A DNA stretch of 56,846 nt from Gammaproteobacteria bacterium (GTDB taxonomy: Bacteria > Pseudomonadota > Gammaproteobacteria > Methylococcales > DRLZ01): contig JAHZJL010000163.1 of the NCBI GenBank assembly GCA_022600935.1, positions 1 to 56,846 on the forward strand, written 5' to 3'. This document shows positions 8,016-16,857 of the stretch, in pieces. A program made the position numbers and the translations under genes. Below the pieces are notes generated by a model. It ran no database searches and had not been told where the DNA came from. It was given only the letters and a program-made list of their open reading frames with translations. Numbering within the stretch: the stretch's first letter is position 1; each line of letters opens with the position of its first letter.

Positions 8016-11000
8016 TTGTTCTATCTTCATCACGGTAATCGTCTGGAACAATTGGCTCAGCAGCTTGCTGAAGTGCATCGGTTTGGCAGTGACGATCCGT
8101 TTATCCCCGAGACTATTATTGTTCAAAATGCCGGCATGGCGCGTTGGCTGTCGCTATGTATCGCTGATTCACTGGGTATTGCCGCGAATCTGAAATTTTT
8201 GTTTCCCGCCGAATACATGTGGCAGCTGATCCGCCGCGTGGTGGATGGCCTTCCGGAACTGGAGCCGTTTCGACCCGGTGTTTTGCGCTGGCGTATCATG
8301 CAGGTGTTAAATCAGGACGCGGACCAATTTCCAGAAGTCGCACACTATATCAAGGACAATCATCAGTGCCACGCATTTCAGCTGGCTGTGCGGTTGGAAG
8401 ATGTATTTAACCAATGTCTGTTTTACCGACCGGACTGGATTGAACAATGGGAAACAGGTGATTTACCGCATTGGCAGGCGCGTTTATGGTCGGTGCTGAC
8501 TAAAGACTCCCAGGCTATTCATTGGGTTGGTTTGCAAACCCGGTTTTTACAGAATCTGGAGCAGTCAAAAGAGCGGATATCCGGAGAACGTGTGCTGATT
8601 TTCGGAATTGCGCAATTGTCTCCAGGCTATTTACGGTTATTGAGAGAGGCAGCACGATTCATCGATGTGCATCTGTTTGTAATGAATCCCTGCCGGGAAT
8701 ACTGGGGAGATATCGTCACTGAATCGACCCGCCTCAAATCCAGTGAGGTGATTCGGGATTACCTGGATACCGGTCATCCGCTACTGGCCTCAATGGGCAG
8801 ACAAGGCAGGGATTATCTGGATCAATTAATCGATCTGGAGCCAGATGAGGAATTGCAGTGTTTTCAGCAAAACCCGAATCAAACATTACTGGCCACTCTG
8901 CAAAACGACATTCTTAATTTGCATCACCCTGACTGCACTGCATCTGAACAATCGAGTCAACTTCAAACAGCAGACGGGTCGATTGTGGTACACAGTTGCC
9001 ATACTCCGATGCGTGAAGTTGAGGTGTTGTACGATCAGTTACTTGATCTGTTTAATCGTAACGCACAGCTTAAACCGGAAGATGTCATTATTATGATGCC
9101 TTCTGTGCAACTCTATGCACCGTTGTTCGATGCCGTATTTTCAAACCGGCAGCATTCTCTGCCGTTTACAGTTGCCGACTCCAATTCAGCGCAAACCAGC
9201 CAGATTGCTGATTTGCTGAACATGGTCATGGACCTTCCCGATAGCCGCTACGAAGTGAATCATGTGCTTGGATTGCTGGAATTTGAACCGTTGCGAAAAC
9301 GTTTTAAATTCACTGAAGATGATATTCCACTGATTCGCCAATGGTGCCAGGAAACCCGGATATGCTGGGGAATTGATCAAAACATGCGTCAATCCATGGG
9401 GTTGCAGGCCACAGAGGAACATACCTGGCGCGCCGGAATTGAGCGAATGTTGTTAGGTTTTATGCTCAATAATGATGCCTTGTTTAGTGATACTCTGCCT
9501 TATACAGAGATAGAAGGTAGTATTGCTGTCAAACTTGGTCGGTTTGTCGAGTTTACAGAATTTATTTTCAATCTGCGGAAATGGTGTGAACAACAGCAGA
9601 CTCTGGACAAGTGGCTGGGCAATCTGTATGAATTGCTTGCCAATCTGATGGATGAGGACAGTCTTCAAAGTGCCCAGATATTGACCATCCAGTCCGGTTT
9701 TCAACACGTACTGACTCAGGCGATATCTGCTGGTTATTGCCAACAGATCAATTTCCAGTTATTCAGGGATTTAACTCGTGAAATCGTCGCTGGAAGCTCT
9801 CAGCGTGAGTTTTATGCCAGCGGCGGAATAACCTGTTGCGAATTAATACCCATGCGCAGTGTGCCATTCAAGGTAGTCTGCCTGATTGGGCTTAATGACG
9901 GGCAGTTTCCAACCCCCTCACCACAATACAGTTTTGACCTGTTTGTCGAAGACCGTTACCGGCGAGGAGATCGATCCAGGCGTACAGAGGAGCGTTACCT
10001 GTTCCTGGAATCGGTTCTGGCTGCCAGAGAGGCGTTGTATCTGAGCTTTGTCGGAAAAGATGTGCGGAAAAACACCAGCATTTCCCCATCAGTGCTGATC
10101 AGTGAATTGATGGACGTTCTCAACAATTGTTATGGTGTTGAAATTGACGATTTGCTTACGGAGCATCCTCTGCATGCTTTCAGTCAACGCTATTATCAGA
10201 CTGATAATGATTTATTTACCTATAACGATTATCAAGTCAGTTCTGAAGGCATTGCTGAGCAAGCGGTGTTTTGCAGCGAAACACTGGATTCAGTTGAGTT
10301 GCCAAAACTGCATCTCAACGAATTGATTCGTTTTATCAGGTTCCCGGTTCGCTATTTTCTGGATAACCGACTTCAGATTCGACCAGATCAATATCAGCGC
10401 GAACTGCCGGAACGGGAACCGTTTGAAATAACCAGGTCTGAACAAACCCGCTTACGGAGGGAAATTTACCAAAATTTTCATGAACCCGAGAATACATTAG
10501 TCAAGCGCTTACGTGGGCAAGGCATGTTGCCTCATGGCACACAGGGTCAACAGTTTTTCGAACAGGAATATGCGGTTGTTAACACATTACTGGACAGTAT
10601 CGATAATCCTCAAACCCGTACAGTCCAGGTTCAACTGGAGGTCGATAACCTGGTGCTGACGGGGGCAGTTGAGCGGGTCACAGATACGGGGATTTCCGAT
10701 ATCTGTTTTGGCAAGATCTGGTGTGAAGATATCCTGGAATACTGGATTAATCATCTTGCTTTATCGACTGCTTGGCCGGATGCCAGGACACAGACTCGGA
10801 TACATTGTGTTGACAGGTTAGTGACCTTAGATGAAGTCTCTGATCCATTGCAACATCTCAGGAACCTGGTTCAGGCCTATCGGTTCGGTCAGTCGACTCC
10901 ACTGCATTTTATGCCTAAAACGTCGATGAAGTATGCTAAATCCAAAACCAGCACACGCTCACGGTCAACGCCAATTGATGGAGCTCGAACTGAATGGATA

Positions 11001-11138
11001 GGCGCTTCTCGACAGACTGGGGAATGTCAGAATCTGTATTATCTTCAGGCATTCAGGGGAATTGATCCTCTGGATCAGTCGTTTGAGGAATGGGCGGAGC
11101 GTATCTGGATCCCAATACTCGAGCATTATAATGACTGA
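8016..11138 (+). CDS. recC: Exodeoxyribonuclease V gamma subunit RecC
   Basis: 1040 aa. The N-terminus MFYLHHGNRLEQLAQQL is typical of RecC (compare MLRVYHSNRL in E. coli), and length and overall architecture fit. The start codon is TTG. Confidence 0.85.
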   Translation: MFYLHHGNRLEQLAQQLAEVHRFGSDDPFIPETIIVQNAGMARWLSLCIADSLGIAANLKFLFPAEYMWQLIRRVVDGLPELEPFRPGVLRWRIMQVLNQDADQFPEVAHYIKDNHQCHAFQLAVRLEDVFNQCLFYRPDWIEQWETGDLPHWQARLWSVLTKDSQAIHWVGLQTRFLQNLEQSKERISGERVLIFGIAQLSPGYLRLLREAARFIDVHLFVMNPCREYWGDIVTESTRLKSSEVIRDYLDTGHPLLASMGRQGRDYLDQLIDLEPDEELQCFQQNPNQTLLATLQNDILNLHHPDCTASEQSSQLQTADGSIVVHSCHTPMREVEVLYDQLLDLFNRNAQLKPEDVIIMMPSVQLYAPLFDAVFSNRQHSLPFTVADSNSAQTSQIADLLNMVMDLPDSRYEVNHVLGLLEFEPLRKRFKFTEDDIPLIRQWCQETRICWGIDQNMRQSMGLQATEEHTWRAGIERMLLGFMLNNDALFSDTLPYTEIEGSIAVKLGRFVEFTEFIFNLRKWCEQQQTLDKWLGNLYELLANLMDEDSLQSAQILTIQSGFQHVLTQAISAGYCQQINFQLFRDLTREIVAGSSQREFYASGGITCCELIPMRSVPFKVVCLIGLNDGQFPTPSPQYSFDLFVEDRYRRGDRSRRTEERYLFLESVLAAREALYLSFVGKDVRKNTSISPSVLISELMDVLNNCYGVEIDDLLTEHPLHAFSQRYYQTDNDLFTYNDYQVSSEGIAEQAVFCSETLDSVELPKLHLNELIRFIRFPVRYFLDNRLQIRPDQYQRELPEREPFEITRSEQTRLRREIYQNFHEPENTLVKRLRGQGMLPHGTQGQQFFEQEYAVVNTLLDSIDNPQTRTVQVQLEVDNLVLTGAVERVTDTGISDICFGKIWCEDILEYWINHLALSTAWPDARTQTRIHCVDRLVTLDEVSDPLQHLRNLVQAYRFGQSTPLHFMPKTSMKYAKSKTSTRSRSTPIDGARTEWIGASRQTGECQNLYYLQAFRGIDPLDQSFEEWAERIWIPILEHYND

Positions 11139-11181
11139 GGTTATCCATCAATATTGAGGGTTAATTAAACGGTGCCACGTT

Positions 11182-11745
11182 ATGACTAAAAATCATCTTG
11201 TAAAGAAAAGTTACGTTCTAAAGTATTATTCAGTGTTACTGTTAGTGTTGGCAACTGGTTTTTTAACAGCATGCGACAATACTCCGACTGGTAAAACCTC
11301 AATTGTAGCTGCAACACCAAAACAAACCTATAACAAGGTCGTTACCGTTAACGGTGTTGTCAGAGGTGAAAAAGGAGTGATTAAGTCCGGGGAAATCAAA
11401 GTTATCAGTCAGAACAAGACAGTGGCAACCAGCACAATTGGAAAAAATGGTCGTTATCAGGTGGACATACCATCTGGAACAGAATTCCCTTTGCTGATCT
11501 CGGCACTTCCGGCTGATCAGAGTCAATACAAAAAGTTATCTGTCGCAGTTGTTAATGCCATGTTGACGAATCACGATATTACACCGTCCTCAACCGAGAT
11601 TGCCAAAACAGCAAAAAAACTAGGTGGATATACAAAAGAAAACTTATTTAAAGCGGCACTGGGTACTGTCGATATGCCGGACAGGGATACCACAGCTGCG
11701 GGCTTCAGAGGCGATCCTACCAAACAATTTGGTGGTTGGCACTAG
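11182..11745 (+). CDS. Lipoprotein with a carboxypeptidase-regulatory-like beta-sandwich segment
   Basis: The signal peptide has a lipobox (LATGFLTAC). The segment VNGVVRGEKGVIKSGEIKVISQNKTVATSTIGKNGRYQVDIPSG resembles CarboxypepD_reg-type repeats. No function is assigned. Confidence 0.55.
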   Translation: MTKNHLVKKSYVLKYYSVLLLVLATGFLTACDNTPTGKTSIVAATPKQTYNKVVTVNGVVRGEKGVIKSGEIKVISQNKTVATSTIGKNGRYQVDIPSGTEFPLLISALPADQSQYKKLSVAVVNAMLTNHDITPSSTEIAKTAKKLGGYTKENLFKAALGTVDMPDRDTTAAGFRGDPTKQFGGWH

Positions 11746-11888
11746 CCAGCTTCTATGGTGATTGCCCTTGTTTCTATGGAAGTGTCGGTTGAGACTGTTG
11801 TTACTGTTTATTTTTTGACAGATTGTCGTGTATTTCCATAACCAGTGTTGCTTAATCAATCACTCAAGCTAAGACGAAGGTAAAGGCC

Positions 11889-12509
11889 ATGACAGTAAAA
11901 ATGAATACCAGAAACATTGTGTTGATTGGTTTATTGTGTGTTGCTTTCTCGGCAACAGCATCGAATGGACAGTATTCAGATCGATTTGGTGCAGGCAATC
12001 TTTATGCGAGTCTTCAGGGTGGCTGGGGAAAAGGCTTTTCGCTTGGCAGTCTCGCTGGTGATGGCGATGGTAAAAATGTTGAATATGTCGCCATTTTGCC
12101 TCAACTCGGTATTGGTCTGTCAGATGTGGTTGGCGGAACCTCCTGGTACCGAGGTAATCTTGATGCAGTTTTTGAAGGAGAGTTTTTAGCTGGTTATGAG
12201 CCTAATTCCGGTTATTCAGCAGGATTGAGCCTGTTATTGCGATATAACTTTTTGTACTCGGAACAATGGGTGCCTTATCTTGAATTAGGTGGAGGTATCG
12301 GTTATCTTGATTTTGATTTGAGAAATCAGGCCGATGGCTTGATTTTCTACCCGCAGGCCGGATTGGGATTGCATTATTTTTTCACGGACAACATGTCAGT
12401 CGATTTGGGGTGGCGATTTCATCATATGTCAAATGCGAATACAGAGTTGCCCAATAACAGTATCAATTCAAGTCTTTTGTTATTCGGGTTTAGCTGGTTT
12501 TTTGATTAA
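11889..12509 (+). CDS. Outer-membrane beta-barrel protein, PagL-like lipid A deacylase / acyloxyacyl hydrolase family
   Basis: It has a signal peptide, alternating beta-strand pattern and a C-terminal aromatic residue (SWFFD). The RFHHMSNAN motif matches the H-x-S-N catalytic motif of PagL-type deacylases. Confidence 0.55.
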   Translation: MTVKMNTRNIVLIGLLCVAFSATASNGQYSDRFGAGNLYASLQGGWGKGFSLGSLAGDGDGKNVEYVAILPQLGIGLSDVVGGTSWYRGNLDAVFEGEFLAGYEPNSGYSAGLSLLLRYNFLYSEQWVPYLELGGGIGYLDFDLRNQADGLIFYPQAGLGLHYFFTDNMSVDLGWRFHHMSNANTELPNNSINSSLLLFGFSWFFD

Positions 12510-12671
12510 TCGATGCCCAATCCTGATTGAATTGATTCAAGAAAGGTTGATTGACATGCTTGATGACTCATGAATTCCTGAGCCTGAATGGTTTTTCAGG
12601 AATTGCTGTAAGAGAAGGTGGAAGACTCGCCAGCTGAATGAATGTGTGCTGCTTTCACTATTTCTTGAGGC

Positions 12672-12706
12672 AAAAAAAACGGATTCCTCTGGAATCCGTT
12701 TTTTCT
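12672..12706. terminator. Bidirectional rho-independent terminator
   Basis: A 10-bp perfect stem AACGGATTCC / GGAATCCGTT (12678-12700) has a 3-nt loop. It is preceded by an A-run and followed by a T-run. Confidence 0.7.
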
Positions 12707-12753
12707 ACTCAATATCTTGTCGCGCCAGGCACGACAATGTATTAAGAGTATGC

Positions 12754-12831
12754 TTATACTTTATTTGTCAGGTATAGCAATACAGGAGCGGCTATCCAGA
12801 TACCAAATAAAATTGCGATTTCTACAGTCAT
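12754..12831 (-). CDS. Orphan 25-aa hydrophobic peptide (MTVEIAILFGIWIAAPVLLYLTNKV)
   Basis: ATG at 12831 is preceded by GAGGAG with 7-nt spacing. The stop TAA is at 12754-12756. A candidate promoter lies upstream and the bidirectional terminator lies about 48 nt downstream. It is too short for the ORF track. Confidence 0.45.
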   Translation of the reverse strand: MTVEIAILFGIWIAAPVLLYLTNKV

Positions 12832-12891
12832 GCTGCATCTCCTCGTAAATTAATAGTTATAACTAATGCGTTTTTATACAGCGCATTGCAT

Positions 12892-12919
12892 ATTATAGAC
12901 CTTTTGAATTCGAGCGCAA
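12892..12919 (-). promoter_or_regulatory. Candidate sigma-70 promoter for the 25-aa peptide gene
   Basis: The minus strand reads TTGCGC, a 16-nt spacer, then TATAAT, about 60 nt upstream of the ATG. Confidence 0.35.
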
Positions 12920-13445
12920 CTATTTTAAGGAGTGGATTACTAACAATCCCGCAGCCATCCTAAGAAATCATGCACTCGCCCAACAGGTTAGATCCGCCAA
13001 ATTCTCTAATGCCAATAAAGCGCTACAGATTTAACAGTCTGCCCTGAGATTAAATGATTTCTATTAGAACGTCAATCCGCTATCTGATTTAATTTAAAAT
13101 TTATTCTGGTTTTTATACAGATGATTAGCGCTAAACTGTTGAACTGGCGCAACTCATATGCTTTAACTAAAGAACGATCAAACGACACCCGACAGGTCAG
13201 GTAAATGACCACCTAGGACTGCTGACAACAAAAATCCCAATTGTTCGCTCCCGGGATGGAGTTATTCAGCTGATCCAGGCAATTTGTAAATACGCTGTTT
13301 TGACTACATTGCATGTTTTATTTTGAACACACAAGGTAATCATCAGCAGATCTGTTCTTTACCTGTCAAAAACAGCAAAAATCGCGATACAATCGTATTC
13401 AATCAATTCTGAAAACAACAAAACCATGAATCATTTCATTTTTCC

Positions 13446-14177
13446 ATGCTAGATTTATTGTATATGGTTAAACGAAATCAAATGACACAACTGATTTTCA
13501 TTGTTGCGCTAATGATCACCGCTTTGTCTGGTACATTGGACGCTAAAAGCAATGAGGACTTTTCATTCTGGGGAGCTGTTCAAGGTCAGGGTTCATGGTC
13601 GACACAAGAACCGATGAGCCAATGGCAGTGGTGGATGGAAGCCCAGGGTCGATTTGCCAATGACGTAAGCCGTTTGGGCCAAAGTCTGGTCAGGCCGGGG
13701 ATGGGCTATGCGTTAAATCAGCAAGTCAGCGTCTGGCTTGGTTATGCATGGGTGATGACTGACCCCAAGGGGCGTGATGAAACAAATGAACACCGTATCT
13801 GGCAACAATTGATCTGGAAAAAACAAACCCTGTTGGGTAATGTGATGACACGAACTCGACTCGAACAGCGGTTGCTTGATAATGGAAACGATACGGGCTG
13901 GCGTTTCCGCCAATTTATCAAATATACTCATCCAGTCTATTCTGACCATATCTATCTGTCTGTTTGGGATGAGGTATTTGTCAACATCAATTCAACAGAC
14001 TGGGGCGCACACAGTGGATTCGGTCAAAACCGGATATTTGCCGGGTTTGGATTTTTCCTCGATCAACAGCAGCATTTCCGTTTTGAACTCGGCTATATCA
14101 ATCAGTTTGTTGAAAATCGGAGGCGCAATGATTTGCTCAATCACATTGTGTCCGCAAGTTTGTTTATCCGTTATTAA
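13446..14177 (+). CDS. Putative outer-membrane protein, DUF2490-like
   Basis: It has a signal peptide (MVKRNQMTQLIFIVALMITALSGTLDA, so the start may be 13464). Recurring Arg/Gln-rich strand connectors (EHRIWQQL, RTRLEQR, WRFRQFIKY) are recalled from DUF2490. The protein ends in an aromatic residue. Confidence 0.45.
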   Translation: MLDLLYMVKRNQMTQLIFIVALMITALSGTLDAKSNEDFSFWGAVQGQGSWSTQEPMSQWQWWMEAQGRFANDVSRLGQSLVRPGMGYALNQQVSVWLGYAWVMTDPKGRDETNEHRIWQQLIWKKQTLLGNVMTRTRLEQRLLDNGNDTGWRFRQFIKYTHPVYSDHIYLSVWDEVFVNINSTDWGAHSGFGQNRIFAGFGFFLDQQQHFRFELGYINQFVENRRRNDLLNHIVSASLFIRY

Positions 14178-14187
14178 TTATTGAATG

Positions 14188-14237
14188 TAAGAAGATGTCT
14201 GGTAAAAAAATACACCGATTAACCAGACAGCTTCTAA
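14188..14237 (-). mobile_element. MITE-like element, copy C (44-bp internal-deletion derivative, inverted orientation)
   Basis: The sequence is TAA-GAAGATGTCTGGTAAAAAAATACACCGATTAACCAGACAGCTTC-TAA. Both terminal repeats are present. The internal AATACACCGAT is the reverse complement of ATCGGTGTATT in the full copies. Perfect TAA direct repeats flank it. Confidence 0.65.
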
Positions 14238-14298
14238 GCTCATAGCCAATATCCCTGTTGTCATTGCGAAATACTACAATCACAATGTCTTTGGTGAC

Positions 14299-15657
14299 TT
14301 AAGAGTCGGGTTGTTCAGAAATACAATCAATGGCATTGTATTCCTGCCTGTTGCTCTCGACTATTGTCCATTTTGAGTTTTCCAGTCGTAAAATTTGTTT
14401 AACAATGGCGCAATCTGATTGTTGTTCTGGGCTGGATGAATGCTCAGGATCAGCAACCAATGAAAACAGACTGATATCCTTGGCAATCCAGCTGGAACTC
14501 CACCACTGCGGATGTTTTTTATCGCCGCGTAACAATATAGATTGAGTTCCAGATGGAATCGGATGCCAGAATTGAATGCTGGGTTGATTGGTTTTTTTAG
14601 TGGCTTGTTCTTGAACAGGCTCCCAGTTTGTCCCATTGTCGAGTGAAATTTCCAGGTGTGCGCCAATAACACTACCTCTTAAAAAACTTTCCTCTGTCGC
14701 AGGTTGATTGAATGTCAGTTTAGAATTGCTCTGATTGAGCCACCGGTTATCGCTTTTGATGATATTGAATTTCTGGGCAGGAACAATCTTTACATTATCC
14801 CAATGCCATGTATTTGGACCTCCATTGCCGTCTTTAAACGGTGTGTAACTATGATGTAAGAAACTGACAACGCCTTTATTCCATCCAAGGTCGTTTATCT
14901 TCATATCATCCCAGACCAGACCAAGCTCAGGGACTTCAACTTTGACTCTGTCACTGCTCAAGGTAATTTTAATGGTTTGACGCTGTTGTGCTGAAGGTGA
15001 CAGGTATTGTTCCCAGGAATCCCACCAGCGACAGGTTCCCGTAAATTTGTTACCGCCTTCTGCTGGAGTAAAGTCACGATACACAACCGGGCAGATGACA
15101 CCATCATGAAAGTCAAAATGTATTGCACGACGCCCGAATCCATTCAAGTCCGGTAACCATTCTGCGACAGGTAATGGTAATTGCTCATCCCAGGGTTGTA
15201 TGACCACACCAAACCAGTCACGCTGGCTGATACTCAGTGTACTGATATCAAACTGCAGTATTGCTTCATTTGTAGAGAAATCGATCAATGCTGGCGGTGT
15301 CAAGGCGATTAAACCATAATCATCGGCACGTAAAGATGTCATAACATGATTGGAGCATTGAAAAACAGCATGTTGAATCATTTCGATTGAGTGAGTTATC
15401 GAGCCATTAGAACCGGGGGCTTCACAATGACTGCCATGATGAGCCTGATGTTTTTGAATAACTCCAGGGGTTTCATAGGCAGAACGTGTATGGACTTGAA
15501 TATCCCAGTGATGAGAGTTCCAGGGTATTGGAACTCCAGGATTTGAGGGGCTATGTCCACCATTAAAGTGTTCTGAAAAGATATCGAAATTATCGGAAGA
15601 TAAGAGATTACCTGAATAGATCAGGAAAAATATCGGTGTAAACCATTTATAAGCCAT
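14299..15657 (-). CDS. Secreted protein of unknown function
   Basis: 452 aa with an N-terminal signal peptide (MAYKWFTPIFFLIYSGNLLS). GAAGGAA lies upstream of the ATG. It is rich in Trp, His and Asn (for example TWHWDNVKIV). I recognise no family. Confidence 0.6.
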   Translation of the reverse strand: MAYKWFTPIFFLIYSGNLLSSDNFDIFSEHFNGGHSPSNPGVPIPWNSHHWDIQVHTRSAYETPGVIQKHQAHHGSHCEAPGSNGSITHSIEMIQHAVFQCSNHVMTSLRADDYGLIALTPPALIDFSTNEAILQFDISTLSISQRDWFGVVIQPWDEQLPLPVAEWLPDLNGFGRRAIHFDFHDGVICPVVYRDFTPAEGGNKFTGTCRWWDSWEQYLSPSAQQRQTIKITLSSDRVKVEVPELGLVWDDMKINDLGWNKGVVSFLHHSYTPFKDGNGGPNTWHWDNVKIVPAQKFNIIKSDNRWLNQSNSKLTFNQPATEESFLRGSVIGAHLEISLDNGTNWEPVQEQATKKTNQPSIQFWHPIPSGTQSILLRGDKKHPQWWSSSWIAKDISLFSLVADPEHSSSPEQQSDCAIVKQILRLENSKWTIVESNRQEYNAIDCISEQPDS

Positions 15658-15911
15658 TTTGCATTCCTTCTGTTCCTGGTTTTAAAGATACTGTTTTTTC
15701 TAAAAGCCTGAGTACTGTGAAAGTAACGGTATCTTTGCAAAGGTGTTACTGTGGTTGGTTTTGCCAGGAATGAAGTATGGTTTATTTGTTGTTTTTATCT
15801 GGGATAAGTTAGTATAGACGATACAGCGTTAACTATACTCTAAATTTTATTAGCGTTTGTACGTGCTGACTTTATTATGTACCAAACAATAAACTTTTTA
15901 TCGAAATTCAA

Positions 15912-16706
15912 ATGAATAAAAATTGTTTTCTAGCTGGATTATTTCTAGTATCAAGTGTTGTACCTGGCCTCACCCATGCCTCGGCAATCGCATCAGTTGT
16001 GATTGACTGGAGCAGTCTGACAATAACAGCAGATGGACTTGATGTAACTAACAGTATTAACTGGAGCAATCAGTTTGACAATGCTGAAACCAGTTTGATC
16101 GAAGGCAGCGTGTCCGGGAGTCCTGTTATCAACAACCACGATATTGACCCAAATCCGGGCTGGGCGTCAACCCGTAATGTCACCGATGGTCAGATAACTT
16201 CCAAAGGCAGTATCGGCTTGAGTAACAGTTCGTTGTCAGCAACTACGTTAGCTAATTACACCGGGAAGGCAGAAAGCACGGTGATCAGGCATGGCGAGTT
16301 TAATGCAGAAGCGGCCACGTATACCTTCAGTGTTAATTACACTGCTTCAATTGAATTAAATACCAACACGACTGAAGCAGGGTCTGCATTTGCCTATGCC
16401 GAAATACTATTGATCAATGAAACAACAAGATCAGATTCCAGCCGCGATAATGTTTTCTTTTTTGAGTTTATCGAATTGGATATGGAGAACCTTGGAAACA
16501 ATTCATTATCCGGCATGCTAACAGCAACCAAGGATTTCAATGACAATGACTTAGCCTTTTTACAAGGTGATTTGATTACACTGGATATTACAGCACGTGC
16601 CGATTCGCGAAGTATTTCCAGCATGGCGCCGGTACCCATTCCGCCAGCGTTGCTGCTGTTCGTTTCTGGTTTTTCAATGCTGTTTTACAGGTTAAAGAAA
16701 AACTGA
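15912..16706 (+). CDS. Secreted protein with a PEP-CTERM-like sorting tail (VPxP variant)
   Basis: It has an N-terminal signal peptide and a Ser/Thr/Asn-rich body. The C-terminus VPIPPALLLFVSGFSMLFYRLKKN gives a motif, a TM helix and a basic cluster. Confidence 0.65.
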   Translation: MNKNCFLAGLFLVSSVVPGLTHASAIASVVIDWSSLTITADGLDVTNSINWSNQFDNAETSLIEGSVSGSPVINNHDIDPNPGWASTRNVTDGQITSKGSIGLSNSSLSATTLANYTGKAESTVIRHGEFNAEAATYTFSVNYTASIELNTNTTEAGSAFAYAEILLINETTRSDSSRDNVFFFEFIELDMENLGNNSLSGMLTATKDFNDNDLAFLQGDLITLDITARADSRSISSMAPVPIPPALLLFVSGFSMLFYRLKKN

Positions 16707-16857
16707 CAGTTCATCTAGAACACTTCACTGACTGATCTGTTATCACTCCTGTTTACGCTGTTCATCAGTATAGGTAGATTGTGTTGTTTTGATAACGCTA
16801 TCCGGGTTGAGACTGATCGAGTCAAAGTCCACATCCACCAGATAATCTGCAAATTCA

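Noticed and set aside
12754-12831. The 25-aa peptide ends LLYLTNKV, which superficially resembles the PqqA tail (EVTLYISNR).
   Set aside because: The essential Glu three residues before the Tyr (E-x3-Y) is absent. The peptide is strongly hydrophobic, and no pqqBCDE genes are nearby.
15658-15911. A sigma-54 promoter (TGGCAC-N5-TTGC) for PrsR upstream of the PEP-CTERM-tail gene.
   Set aside because: The nearest candidates (TGGTTGGTTTTGCC and GGTATCTTTGCA) have the wrong GG-to-GC spacing. The same negative result applies upstream of 26128.
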